A DNA stretch of 64,000 bases from NCBI GenBank assembly GCA_000708835.1, contig DF237325.1:26203-90202 (forward strand), in the 5' to 3' direction. The position numbers and the translations under genes were made by a program. The notes below the pieces were generated by a model. The model had not been told where the DNA came from. It did no database searches and was given only the letters and a program-made list of their open reading frames with translations. Below, in pieces: positions 36,589 to 49,988 of this stretch. Every line of letters begins with the position of its first letter. Position 1 is the stretch's first letter. The DNA comes from Klebsormidium nitens (Eukaryota > Plantae > Klebsormidiophyceae).

Positions 36589-39500
36589 TCAAGACCCGTG
36601 CGACAGTAGTTTCTTGGCATGCTTTTTGAGTTGCTCTTCTCGCCGCCCGTACAATTGCAACAGCCTGAAGAAAACCCTCTCAATAAGTCATTCAGAGAAT
36701 TGGTTACAAAAGTGTCCCATGATCAGGCCGCCTCCTGCTCGACGTCACTGCTCGCTTGAGCAGCGAAGTACGCGATGCCCCGTCAAGCCTTCTCCGGTAA
36801 AGTTTTGGAACCCGTCCCTCTCAAAGGAGAGGGAAAGAACCTTGCAACCGCTTAAAGTCCCAGAGCATCATGAGTGATTGAAACCTCAATCACAGAAGCA
36901 CACATTTACGCGACTGACATCAGCAAGCAAACGACGCTGGCCCTTGATCAGGGGTTACGGAATCGACACTCCGTTCTGAAAAATCTCAGCTTTACTTCAT
37001 TTATGCCTTAAGGTTTCGTGAACAAGCAGGGTGAAAAAGACCGTTGGTAGTGACTTCCCCTGCCCCCCGTTTGTGATTGACCGGCAACTTAGATTGACAA
37101 AATGCAAACTTCGTCCCCCAACATTCATACTACTTATACTTCAGCGAGCAAAACCAAGCACTCACTGCTCCTGTTTCTCCCGCGCCGCCTCCTCCGGCGT
37201 CTGCTTCTGCACGGCCACCCCCCCGTCAGACTCCTCCGCTTCGGACCCCTCCCCTCCGTCGTCCGATTCCTCCTCTTTCCGCACCGCCTTCTGTAGCGCC
37301 TTCAGCAACCCCCCCTTCGCGTGCCCGTTCGCACCCCCCCCTCCGTAGCCTCTGCTCCGTCCCCCCCCTCCCGCGGCCGTTTCCGCCCGACGCGCGCCAT
37401 GATCCAACTGCTGTTGCCCAGCTCGTGCAGGGTTTTGGGGGTTTTGGAGTCGGTGGTTTNNNNNNNNNNNNNNNNNNNNNNNNNNNNNNNNNNNNNNNNN
37501 NNNNNNNNNNNNNNNNNNNNNNNNNNNNNNNNNNNNNNNNNNNNNNNNNNNNNNNNNNNNNNNNNNNNNNNNNNNNNNNNNNNNNNNNNNNNNNNNNNNN
37601 NNNNNNNNNNNNNNNNNNNNNNNNNNNNNNNNNNNNNNNNNNNNNNNNNNNNNNCGTCCTCCACGGACTGCTGTTGCCCAGTCTCGTGGCTAGGGATTTT
37701 GGGGGTTTTGGAGTCGGTGGTTTGTCGGCGTTCTTGCCGAAGGTTTCGGTTTCTAACCGTTGGATGACCAGGCGCAGGAACGCGTCCCGCGTGACCGGGG
37801 GGGACTTATCTAGGTGCAGCGAGAGGAGCACCTCCCAGCACTTCTTGATGTTCTTCTGCAGCGGGGGGCCACGCGGACCGCCGTCAGACTTGTGAGCAAA
37901 GGCTCGAAAACAAACGCGCTCTTCTTGGCAGCGACAGTTGGCCGTTTGCGCACACAGGGCCTCGACAGAAAGTAGAAAGCGGTTCTTGTTGGTATTGTGC
38001 TTGCTATGAAAACTCGCGCTTGACACAAGTATTGATTTGCCAAACAAACAGACTGGACTTGTCAGCATGTAAGCGCCAAGAGGGCTTGTGTCCTGGGGAG
38101 TTGCCCAGGGGTGACTTATCCTCAAACGGAGAGACACGGGGCAAATACTGAACGGATGTTGACCCCGATGGTCCAGCGGATGTGACGTAAAGCACTTACT
38201 TTCTGAATGTCTCATTCGGGCCATGTTTCGGATGGAGGAGTTCACACTCAAGCCTCACCTTATTGATTTTGAGGCTTTTCCTAAGATCTTCGAGCAGGCT
38301 TGGGCTGATGGCTAGCGGGTTCTTTTGCTTAGGCGCCTCCCCTTCAGTTGCTCCACTGGACTCCTCTGCAGCGACACTGACAATTCGTTCACACGCATGC
38401 TCGTTGCGGTGAACCGACAAGTCCTCACGTTGGGCTCCAACATGACGAAAAAGAGCTGATGAAAATCTCCAGATTTTTCTATCAGCCTGTGATAGACGCC
38501 CTCGAAGATTCAAGACATCCTAATCGAGGCAGGCATCAGCAAAAGCCCCAGTCGATTCGACAAAAGAATATGTTCTGCAAAAACCAATCGTGTAGAACAA
38601 GATGTCAAAGCACTGAGTAAGAGCGAGACCGAGTGTTCAAACAGGACTGAAGTCTTGCTCACCTTTCTGCGATGCCGCCGCTGCCAGCGCTCGTTCTACG
38701 GCTTCTTTCACCTCGGGCCGCTCCTGCAGTCGCTTCACGTCGACTTCGTCCCGGAGTTGGTTCATGTCGTCCGTCGGATCCTCCGTGGTGACGTCATAGC
38801 AGCCTCGCTCCTGAGCCAGATGGTACACCTGGCACATAAAGAAGGCATGTTATTAAGAACGATTTCCAAGCTAGATGCGACTCTGGGCGAATATTTTCCA
38901 TGAAACCAAGTCCTGAGTCGAATCCGAAGAAGCATTCAGAACGGTGCGGATTGGGGATTCCCGTCCGTTTGCAGGGATGTAGACCTGGCAATTACAATGT
39001 CTCCCGTGACCGAAGCCTTTACTACGCAGCTCGACAATACCCATGAAGGATCTGGTACGCTCTTCGAAAAGGTTCTGTAACTGTCAAACAACAGTTGGTT
39101 GACAACTGCCAATGGGCGGATGTAAGTTGTTGCCAGGCACCAAAGGCTTCAGCGCAATAGATACAGAACCAAACAAGACGGTCTGAAGAAAGATAGACTT
39201 GCGCTGCAGATTTACGACGCGTCTTCCGTTTCACTCTGCCGTTTCACTTTTGCCGTTGGCCAATCTTCAGAGTCGACAAGTACGAAATGACATCTCACCG
39301 AAAGGCAGGTTCACCCTGGTTTAGGCGTACACTAGATATCACAAATGAGGCCGATCCTTCTTTGTCAGACCATGACCACAACCTCTATCCCATGTAAAAG
39401 CGGCCCAATCAGACTCTTATAGACCTTATATCTCTAGAGTCAAGCACGTTCAAGGCCGGTTGTGAGAACGAAACGGAGACCGATTGTCCACCCTTGGCAG

Positions 39501-41525
39501 AGAGATGCACCAAACCACACGCATTTCAAAACGTTCGAAGGAGGCCAAGCAAAGCCACTCACACTTTCTATCAGCCTGGACCCATGTCCTCTCTTCTGGA
39601 AGGATGGCAGGACGACTAGCTGACTCAGCCGCAGCCTAGTGCTTTCAGGGTACGAGTAGAAGCTGCGCACGGTGCAGAAGCCTGCCACCTTTGCGCTGCC
39701 CGACCGGCCATCCCAATCCGACGGCCGCTCCAAAGCCACGAGAAGGTCCCAATCCCGTTCCTCCGTGTCGATATAGTTGCCACCTGTGACAAGTGGAGAA
39801 GCAGGGGTTTTGTGATTGCTTGATGGACGTCGACTTTTCTTGCGTCCCCACCTGGCGTGACGTTTTCTTGCTTCAATCGACCTGGAATGTGATTCTGAGA
39901 TGCCCTATGATTCAGACTTTAAGCTTTGCCGAGCTTCTTCCAAGTACGGTCTCGTCGTCTCTTTTTCAAAAGCGTTCTCATCAGCAAACTCCGTCAGATC
40001 GCGTTTTCTTGCCGGAGCTCGCTTCAGACTTCGATGTAATCTCAGCAAAGGTTTAGGGGCCAACTTTTGTACAGGGGCAAAAGGATCACACATGACGCAC
40101 TCACCGTCTATGAAGAATATGAGGAACACCTGCAAGCGATTGTGCCACTGGCGGACCGCCTCCTTGTCCAACGGAAGTTGCACAACTTCGTACAGTTCAG
40201 AGGGGTGAGAAGAACTAGTGCTGGGAGCAGAAGTTGACGCAGGCAGGGTCTGTGGCTCGAAGTCAAGGAAATTGATTGCGTTGTAGACGGGAAGGGAGCG
40301 GACGAACGCCTCGCGGTCTTCAGTGATGTCGTTCTCAAAGTAGACCTGCAATGCCAAGGCGAAGTATGACCGAAGCTTTGGACACACCAATTCCTGGCTA
40401 CTCAACCTAACGAAAGCCTAACCCAAGCTTGCTTGACTAGAATTCTGGAATAGATTGGCGAGTCTTGTTCCCGTGGGTCTACAGCCTGACTTTCGAGCAA
40501 GTGTGTCAAAAGGTGGGCTGCTATCGTGTGCAGTTAGAGCAATGACCATGCAAGTTCGCCAGGATAACTCCAAGGGGGTAGTCTTCAAAGTTGCAATATT
40601 GTCATGAGTAAAACTTCAATCGCCCTACAGTGAAGAGCCACAGATACGGCAGAGGTCGTTCAAGTGTTTACCTTAAGCTTCTCTAAAATATTGTCCGGCT
40701 GCTGCTTTCTGCTGAGCTTCTCCAGCTTCTCCTCGTACTTGATGTCGAGATAGGCGTAGAAAGTGGTTGCGTGCAGAAAGATGTCCACCTGCGAGCACAG
40801 CACTTGACCGTTTCTCATGAGAAGCTGAAGCAATCTGAGAAAATGCAACCAGAAGTCGCACATTCTCAAAGAGACGCGCACTCTTCATGGACGTGTCAAG
40901 ACATGCTCTTTCGGTTTACGTCAGATACGTTCTGCAGGCAAGTGATAAGGCTTGCTTCGACAGGGGCAGCTGGCGGGGGGCCTCGTTGGGTGCAGTAAAA
41001 AGCGGCGCTCGCAAGCTGCAGCGCTGACATTAGTCCGGCTGCCCGTAGCGGGCAGATGGGAATCCATCAAGGCTTACTTTCAGGTTCTTATAACCTTTAA
41101 TGATTTCGTCGTCTCCAAAGAGCTGGTGCGTCATCAGCGGATGGAAGCTCGCTCGAGGAGGGACTGAGGCTGGCATGGTGTCCGAAGAAAGATCAAGCTG
41201 CTCAGCAGCGTATACTGCAAAACAGGCAACTCGTCCATATAAGACAGGAAACGTTTGCCCTATCTGTGATCATCTTTGCCCAAGAAAGACTTGGACACAG
41301 CAAGGATATAACACAAATGATTGCACGAGACATCAGAATGCTGGATTCCACAACTAGCATTGCGTCTTTCAGGCATAGGAGAACAAACTGATAAAAATAG
41401 AAGTCCAAGCATCGTGATGCCCTCCGGGCTTCTTCTGTCTTACCCAAGTGGAACGTGATGGCTTCATTTGCGTTGCACTTGAATTCATTCAGTGCGGAGG
41501 GTGGCCGACCTTTCGGTGGCAGCAT
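36589..41525 (-). CDS. HAT1: Histone acetyltransferase type B catalytic subunit (HAT1/HAG2); exons 41525-41444, 41214-41078, 40788-40672, 40345-40105, 39783-39563, 38828-38663, 38365-38259, 37855-37166 (contains N gap), 36664-36589
   Basis: EFKCNANEAITFHL, FHPLMTHQLFGDDEIIKGYKNLK, WHNRLQVFLIFFIDGGNYID, FYSYPESTRLRLSQLVVLPSFQKRGHGSRL (acetyl-CoA motif), CYDVTTEDP, RKSLKINKKNIKKCWEVL. Phases are consistent except across the gap region. Confidence 0.93.
37460..37654. other. Assembly gap (195 N) flanked by two near-identical copies (37407-37459 and 37667-37723)
   Basis: N run; both sides carry actgctgttgcccag..cgtg..agg..ttttgggggttttggagtcggtggttt. Confidence 0.95.
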
Positions 41526-43940
41526 TGCTCCAAAACGCCCTGAAATAATCGCCAATGAATCACGTGCATGGTTGATTGCTTCAGAAGAGTGGTTAATTTT
41601 AGACTGAATCAGCTCTGTCCACAACAAACGAGCATTTTGTGGTCTGACAAAATCCAGATGGAATTCCGTAGAGATGTGTAAGGATGTCGGCTTTTTTGAA
41701 AAGTATATATATCACCACCTTTCACTGGTTTTCAAGAAGTGGCTTAATAAACCGCTTCACCTCAATGCACAGCAGTCTTCTAGTGGTTTACCACCACAAG
41801 TATTGAGAAACAGAGGTGTTCTTTTAGGAGGAGTTGACAACATGATGGACACAAAAACTTTTGAATTTGGAAGTGCCATGCTTGCTAAACGCAATTTGAT
41901 CAAATACATATTGATCAGACTTTGATTTAATCTTCAGCAAGACATTCGAGGCACTTGATTATAACACCTGACACCAATGAGAGAATAATCAAGACTTGAC
42001 TAATCTTACCCTCCAAGAGCTTTGCACGCTTAGCGTCAGGTTCCTCCGCCATTCTGGGGATTCCGGATGAGCAAGCTTGCCGCCTCAACAGACAACGTCG
42101 GCACTAAGTACTGTCTTTTAGAAGATCTCTGCCCTTGTCAACCCTCAACACTTTGAGAGGTATGCGCAGCCAAATGGCAATCTGGCGTGCTGCGTGTCTC
42201 TTCTTTATTGACCGCACGATGACGATCACGTGCGCCACGACAGTCTTACAGAAACCTGCAAATCCTCTCAAGCGAGCAGGTGACGGACCCAGGTGTGATA
42301 TGATATCAACAATACTTTCAGAAGCTTCGTGGACGAGCCCAAATCTCAAAGTGATAGTGGCACTCAGAAGGGCTTTAGAATTTGAGCATTTTAAGGTACC
42401 TGACCAGAGATTGTCAAAAAGCATGATGCACAGAAGGACCCACAAAAGTGGCGGGAAACTTGTGGCAGTGCAGAGCAATGATCGGACGCGTTTGATGACT
42501 CCTCGGTCCGGTCCCCCTTCAAGTTGAACTTCCAAGCAATCACAACTTGAAGTTCACCTCAAACTTCCAACTTTGGACGGGCCAGATTGCCTCACGTTGC
42601 GAGCCTGTAGTTCTTTCATATTGTCCGCATCCCTTGAACGTCCGATCGGATTTGAGTCCGATTGGGATTGGGACTCGGATGGGACGGTCCACGACTCGAC
42701 AGGGCTAAGGTTTGGGGGTTCCGATTGACAACGCGCGGCCGCCGCGGACTCACGACGGTGGGCCGTGGCCCACGCATATCTCGTGCATATGCTCCCTATA
42801 GCTCTGGTTGTGGCAGTCACTGACAGGATCATGATTCATAGCTATGGCACAGATTCAGGGTTACGTTACCCGCAGACCTTTTCAAAAGTTGATGTTTTTC
42901 GAATGCCCGGACGGAATGACACGCCAGATTGGCGGAGTGAGGCTAGTTGTCTCACAGTGGGACGATTTCCCCTGCGAGGTGAGAACACCGGACGTTGTAA
43001 AAGGTTTGAGTCCGTTCTCAGGCGACTACGGCCGCCCAGAAATGCAGTTGAAAGATTTCTGACCGCAATCACAGCTGAAGCTTTTGTCTCCCTTGATGCC
43101 TTGTCACTGCCCACTACTACACTACGTCGCCCCTATCATCTGGGGTCCTTTTGCCTACCAAGCCCTCTTTGATTCAGTGCCACGACCTCTCCCAGAAGCC
43201 CTCTTTCTTTGAGACGTTTTCATACTCCCCAGTAAGATTGACAACATCACATAAATTACATGTTTCCGAAAGGCACTCTGGCATTGAATTAGTCATAAAC
43301 GGCTTGGCCTGGCATCAATCACCAGGCAACTAAAGCGCGCGCAATTCTTAGTGAACTACCTAGGGCTACTCATGCATGGTAGACCGAGCTTGTAGCACGT
43401 ATCACCGGGTTCAACCAACAATCAACAGGCGCAACGGTGATTCGAGCACCGAACTTGGCTGCAGTGCACAACACTACCTATGTCGAGATGCCAACCACAT
43501 GTCCAATAATGCAACGTATATAGATTCATAGCAACAGGGTCTGGCGGCGGCCTCAGCAATGTTCTCTTTGAACTCTCTCGTCGGGTGTTCAAAGCGGCAA
43601 GCACTGTTCGTCTGGTGATGCTGGATGTCGAGCACCTAAGACATGGGGCTCGCACTCAGGCCTCGCCCTAGCTAGTCCTGACGGCCTTGCTTGAATGCAT
43701 GATGAACCATATCATGGGCATGAGAATAAGGCAAATGACTTGCCAAGGTACTACTTATCAGCTGAGGGACACCTTTGCATTCGATCCTTTGTCTGTGGCT
43801 CTGTATGGCATCAACCGTAGGACTGATCTAACCCTCTACCTTTCATTGACGCGCTTTTCAGCTCCGATACGGGGCACAGGTGAGTCGTTTTCCGAACCTT
43901 AATTGCAATTGAAAGCTGTCTGCAATCAGGCACGCATATC

Positions 43941-46900
43941 TCAGCCAAAGCCCTTTCCCTTTTTCTTTGCCAATCCGCTCGCAGTTTTCGCCCTTCCACT
44001 CTCTGCAAGGATGTCTTGTAACCGACGGCCTAGCTCACCAATGGCAGCGGTAAGCAATCTTTTCTTCCCTAGCCTAAACCTTATCGCCGTCTCGGTCGCT
44101 TCCGACAGGCCCCCAGCCTCTAGAAGCTCTTCGTCCTGCTTTGCCGTACTTGGGAACCTACTCAACGCAACTGCACACGCCCCTATCACCGTATGCAAAA
44201 CTTGCTTTTCATTCGACGCCCCAAGGGCGCCCTCCGGCCCCGGGTTTTGAAGTTGCACCAGGTTCTTCCCCTTCAGATCTGCAGGGGTGCGCGCATACAG
44301 GGTACGCAGAGCGGCCATGAAGCGCCCCTCGACGAACTCAGGACCGCCGATGCCCACCTATGAGACAGAAGGTGAGGTTGACGCGCTAAAGATTGAAAGA
44401 TCTTGCTCAAGAGCAAACTGCCAAGAAGCTGCCGACGTCCTAGAAGCGGCCGTCTTGGGATTCGGAGACTCTGTTTGAAGAACATCCTCAATCCGCTTCT
44501 CAGGAAGTAGGAAGACTTGCAGCAAGCGAAGGGACTCGGGCAGGTAACGAACCTCGATACAAGGACGCTTCCCGGTCACAACGCTTCAGATAGGTTCAGT
44601 CTCCCCAGTACACATAGGAACGTTCTGCATCAAAGAAAGCGATCCGCAAAACAGAGCTTGGCAAAAGGAGAGGCCACATGTGACAAATGCAAAAGCTCCG
44701 GATCGGATACACGAGTGCTTCGGCCCCCACCTGGAGCTGCGCCTGCGGCCCCGCCAGCCGCAGCTGCGTGAGCACCGTTTGCTGCCAGGGGGCCACGTTT
44801 CCCCGCTTCTGGTCCCCCCCGCCAAACTGCTCCCCGTCCACCCCCCCGACGACCCGGGCAGCTTCCAGCAGATTCAGGTCGAAGCGCAAGTCGACTCGGT
44901 CGTGCGGATTGTTCTCTATGATGAACCCGTAGTCGAGAAGCAAGAAGTCGTTCCGAAGGGGGCCGTAGTCAAGGAGAAGGGGGGAGCCGGGCTCGAGGTC
45001 CGTGAGGGCGACCACCTGGGGGCAAGAAGGAAGAACGTGTCGCCCCACGGTGTTTGGACCACACACCAAGGATTGCAGACCCTAGCAGCCGGCTGATAAT
45101 GAGATGCGGTGCTAAATGAATGCAAAAAGAGGGGAAACGGCAGAAAGTAGGCGGTTTGTATTAAGAAAATGTCACTTCTGGCAAGTCCCTGAAGATGTTT
45201 TTTGAAGGCGAGGACATATTTTACTTTCAGTCTGCTTAAATCGAAGTGCATGGATTTGTTGAGTGACCCTGCGAACTATCACGAAGTAAGTTTGCGAAAG
45301 GGATAGCGTTTGGCTTTTGCATTACGAGCACTTTTGCAAGGATATAATATCGGAGCGATAAAGTCCTGGCAAAACCAACCGCAGACGACTTTTAGAGCCT
45401 CGTCAGTCTCATCGAGTCCACTAACTGCTCTCAGCATTACTTTGTCGAACCAGTCGGTAAGCTGAAAAGATGCCATAAGCAATATAAGAAAGGCTGAGAA
45501 TACGCAAGCAGAATCGTTGTTCTGACCTCGAGCATGCCTGGCGGTGGTGCAACTCCGTCCTTCGGGGCCGCTACTTGGAGGCGGCACGTAGGCTCAAAGC
45601 TGTGGTTCGACATGTCCACCTGAAGAGGGACCACATAGAGCGTTAACATGCAGTCGTGATGGATGACACGGTCGCTGAAAATGGCGTCTCAGAACCCTGA
45701 CTTCTCGGGTCCTCGGGATGGTTACTTTCTCGGTTATTGCGGGTTTCTTTACTGGCGGCCGCGTTGAAGTACAGTGCCTGTAAAGCATAAGTCAATCCGA
45801 ACTTTAAGTGAAACCGGTACCCTTCCAGATACCGCATCAACTATCACACTGTGTAAACAACCTCAACATCGATACTTTCCTGAGAAAGGAAGAAAAATGA
45901 GTCTCAAGAATCCAGCTTCCACGGTTACCTCAAAAAGTAATCTGAGTTCCCCTACTGACGCACCAGAGGCAGAAGCGCAGCCGGCTTCGTTGGACCGTGG
46001 ACCCTGAACGCTCTGCTGGAGACAGCTGCCATTGCCCAACCCAAAGCGTTTGCATCCACTGGTTGCCCTCTGAACGGGTGGGGCAGGGTGCCATCCGCAA
46101 AGAGGGGCAGGCTCAGAAGCTCGGGAAGGTCGCGTCCGGCAAAGTTGAGCAAGAAGCGGCAGCGCATCTTGACCTGTTCGATGACGGGGGGGTACTGCAG
46201 GGCCTGGATGTCATTCCCCGCTGCAGAGAAGAGGTGCACAAAAGTCAGTTCGTTATTTGAGGTTTTTACAGCTTCTGGCTAATCGAAGAAAAGTCTCTTT
46301 GAAGTACTGTAGCTGCCGTCCTGGAAAGCCCTGTCAAATCACGTCCTCCTTTCAACAAAAAAAATGAACGAGCTGGTGGAAGAGAGACACCGATGAAAGA
46401 TCACAGCCATAAGCGATGGACCAGAAGGGGGGCAAGGAAGTTACATGCCTGCTCTCTGGTGGTGTCGGCAATGAACAGCAGTTTTAGAGAGAAAGCAGAG
46501 GTGACCTTCCAGAAACCAACAGGCTGTCCCAAATCACATAACGCTCTGGTCTGCAACAAAGAAGCCCCAACTCAGAACATGCAGAATTCAGTCATAAAGG
46601 TGGTGTACAAAAAGCGGTCCACTCACCCCAGAACATGGGGACGGAGAACTTCTGAGGCAGGTTCAGAATGTAGGGCCAGAACTCGCCCTTCACTTTTGCC
46701 CTCTCCGCCAGCAGTTTCAAACCGAGCTTGACGCCCCAAAGCTGGTCTGGGACCCGCTCAATCATCGGCAACAAAGCGGAATCTTCACCCCTGCTGCTCT
46801 CATCGTAGGTTAACTGCAGATGCTTAGGCAGACCGATCAAACGCTCCCCTTTTTGGACAGAGCGAGTGGCAACTAGACCTAAGCCCCCCGTGCTGTCGTT

Positions 46901-47389
46901 GCCGACGTCAATGTGTCCCAAGAACGCTCCATTGGATGAAAGCCAGTGTTTTAGCTTGTAAAGGTCCTCTGCGAGCGAAGATGGGTCTGGCTGGGCATCA
47001 TTGTTTGTGGTACCGTCCGAAGGACCTCCGCTTGGAGGGTCCACATTGTCTGAAGTCGCTGCCGCTGAAAATCTGCGGGACCTTGTGGAAGGATTGGAAG
47101 CGTCTGCGATGGCTAGGTGGTGCTGCCAACTGCCGCTCCTTCTGCTGTATCTAGTTACTGAGATACTGTGGCGGCCACCTATTTGAAGATTTCCATGGCG
47201 GCTTACACTGCTGTTTGATGACGATTCTCTTGATTTAGTGCTGCAGGAATGACTGATGAATCGGTTTGCAGGCAAAAGTCTGGGCAGCCGTTCCACGGCA
47301 TTTGTAATCCCACTAGTCAGAGGTCTGCATTGTGAGGCTGCTCTCAATGCGCAGTCCATCGCTCTGGCTAACGTCGTACTCAAAGTCAT
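43941..47389 (-). CDS. Plastid SET-domain protein lysine methyltransferase, Rubisco-LSMT family (resembles Arabidopsis At1g24610); exons 47389-46627, 46220-45964, 45619-45527, 45015-44731, 44357-43941
   Basis: Transit-peptide-like N-terminus; GLGLVAT...VPDQLWGVKLGLKLL...WPYILNLP; LGWAMAAVSSRAFR; LLPLVDMSNHSF; LLLDYG...NDFLLLDYGF; VGIGGPEFVEGRFMAALR; AIRFRLGKK. Confidence 0.92.
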
Positions 47390-47761
47390 AATTACAGGTG
47401 CCGCTTCATGGCCGCATTGTTTGCTGCTGTAACCATGTGGACTATGTTCAGCCCCTTTGCAAATGCTTTGGCATGGGATTATGGGACCACTTTATCGCCC
47501 TTCCACAGTGGTGTGAAAGCAACAAGATACCTGGACCCCTGACTGCGAAGCGCTTGACTATAGCCTATCTGCAAGCACTGTGCGCTCATGTCACTGTTTT
47601 GAAAATGCCAAAGTAATAGACGAGATACGAATGCTGATCAAACATAGTGCGTTTGCAGCTTGCGCCTTGTGGCCTTGATGTTGAAAACTGCCAGCTTCTC
47701 CAGCTGATGTCCAAGAAAGACGTCCTGTGGATTTATTAAGCCTCAGAAGGTAAATTTAATA

Positions 47762-48084
47762 CCCGTACTACCAAGGTATGATTCCGAATAAATAAATAAT
47801 TATTTGCATTCGGAAAGTTGGAAATTCCAAATAAGCAGTCGGAATCTGCTTTTTCGGAAAGGAAAAATAATTGTTAAATCCTGTTCGGAAAGTGATATCA
47901 AAGCCCATATGAACCCAAGGTACGTACTGGTATCGGAGAAAAGCCAGAAAAACAGGGTACCTGGGTACCTTTGAGCTCATTCGGATTTAGGGTCAGATTT
48001 CGAAAAATAATACAAGATTTGGGCTCGCATTACGTAAAATAATTGCATATTTTGAGCATTCGGAATCATACCTTGGTAGTACGG
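47762..48084. mobile_element. Tc1/mariner-type (Stowaway-like) MITE, about 323 bp
   Basis: Perfect 27-bp terminal inverted repeat ccgtactaccaaggtatgattccgaat (47763-47789) / attcggaatcataccttggtagtacgg (48058-48084); TA on both flanks (47760-61, 48085-86, with one extra C on the left end); AT-rich non-coding interior. Confidence 0.85.
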
Positions 48085-49988
48085 TACCTAGTAGGGTCAA
48101 TACTTCTGATAATAGGGGGGGGTTTACAGTTTACTTTAGGACCCAGGTGGGTTGCATTGTGCGCGAGCGCAGCTTTTAACCTACCGTAGGTACTTCGGTA
48201 CTTATTTGGATTACCGTAGTGGCCGTCCAGTCAAGCGACGGTTGTTGGCGCAGTGTTCCTTCAACTTCCACCTCGTCACTAGCTGCACCCGGTTGCTCGA
48301 TTCCGTTATTACCGGTTGCCCGAGGAAGCATTCGAGCCCTGGGTACTTCTACACAGTTCCCGGGCTAGTAGGTTAGCGACCGGGTCAGGTGGGCAATGCC
48401 CAACACTTGTACCTACTACCGGTAGCTAGACAGCCTAGAATGCCTACCCGCCTAGGTAGCAGCTACAGTAGCAGCTACTGTAGCTGGCTCCTAGCTAGCA
48501 CAGCAATAGGACTCAGCAGCACCAGGGCGGATATTAGACTATGATCTCGCGGTTGAAGCGTGCATCATGCACTGATCAGGAAGCAGCTTTTACCTGAGTG
48601 CTTGCCAGTTGATGTGTCTCCTCTCCGGCTCTCCAGCTGGCTCGAGAGGCCGGATCAAAATGATTTCACCATATGCGAAAGGTTTTCATATCGGACTTCC
48701 TCTGTCTGCTGGTACTTGTTCAAGATACGACATGGAATATGGTCGAAGTTTAGGAAAAAGACACAGAGACGTACCTAGTTCACGTGCCAAGGGTACGAGA
48801 CTAAAGTGTACTTATTGAGTACACTTGCGGCTTTATCGGATTCAACGCAGAAGCCCAGCAGAAGCTCAGCAGAAGCTTCAAGAAGAGTTGGCAATTAAAT
48901 GAGACTAAAGGTCCGATCTGCCTGAAAATATCTGAAGAGAGAGGTTGTATACAGGCAACTTGCGAGAAGCGACTGCTGTGCTGCATGTCAGTACCCTTCT
49001 TGTCGGGCTCTGTTGCTTATCGTCAAGACTAGCGTAGGGCTGACAGGATGCTGTCAGATGCGCGCAAGCCCCGACCTTGTTTCACCTTATTGTTCCCTGT
49101 GAAAAGAGAGCTTCGAGGAGAGTGCAATCAGGTGCTTTTGGTGAAATGCCAGGCAGTTCACTAGGATTCTCTGACACGTAACATTGCGCTCCGCCTGACG
49201 CCGCTGGTTTGTATCTTCTGCGGTGGCTGCATCTCAAGACATATGCACAAGTTCCTGCAGACCTTGTTGGAAGGGAGCCTTAGACTGCTGCTACTTGTTG
49301 CAGCAACAGTGTAGCGCCGCCTTGAAAGTTGAGCGGTGGACGGTTTGCATGCGCGGAGGTTGGGAGCCCGCCGTGGGACGGCTTACAAACGAAGTGATTA
49401 TCATTTCTTAATGTAAGCCCTTCCAGGCCTTCCACTCAATGCTGTCCGGTAGTAGAGCCCGTGGATTGTAAGAGTTTGGGAGTGCTGGCGAATCAGAGAA
49501 TGCACACATGCAGTCTCCAAACCCGCCAACTTCCGGGGTTGCATTTGCGGGTCCGGTGCTGAGCACAGACCCCCAAAGAAAGAAAGCCGTCCAGAATCGA
49601 GATTCAGTTGTCAGGCTATAATCGGGATCTTGGTACTTGTCCTCACCAAAGCTTGCTTAAGGGAGTCCGCATGAGGCGCTTGACGCTGGTCAGGATGGTC
49701 TGTGACCAGCAGCAGACAGTCCTGATCATGTGTGTGCTGAGCACGCTTCCAAGAAGTGATTCGTGGCTGTCTTCCGATCTGACAATCTGCCGACAAAAGC
49801 CTCCACATAACTCCGAAAATAGGGGTGGCAGAGTACCAACCAGCATTTCAAACTTGAGACGCTGTACTCAAACCTCCCTTTCCGTTTCCAGAGTTTGAGC
49901 GCGCACTGAAGCCTGCACGGCATGCCGGCGGTGCCCCGTGTATTGGCGCCCCCGCGCCCCGGGCGGCGTAGCCCCACGCTGACGTAGA

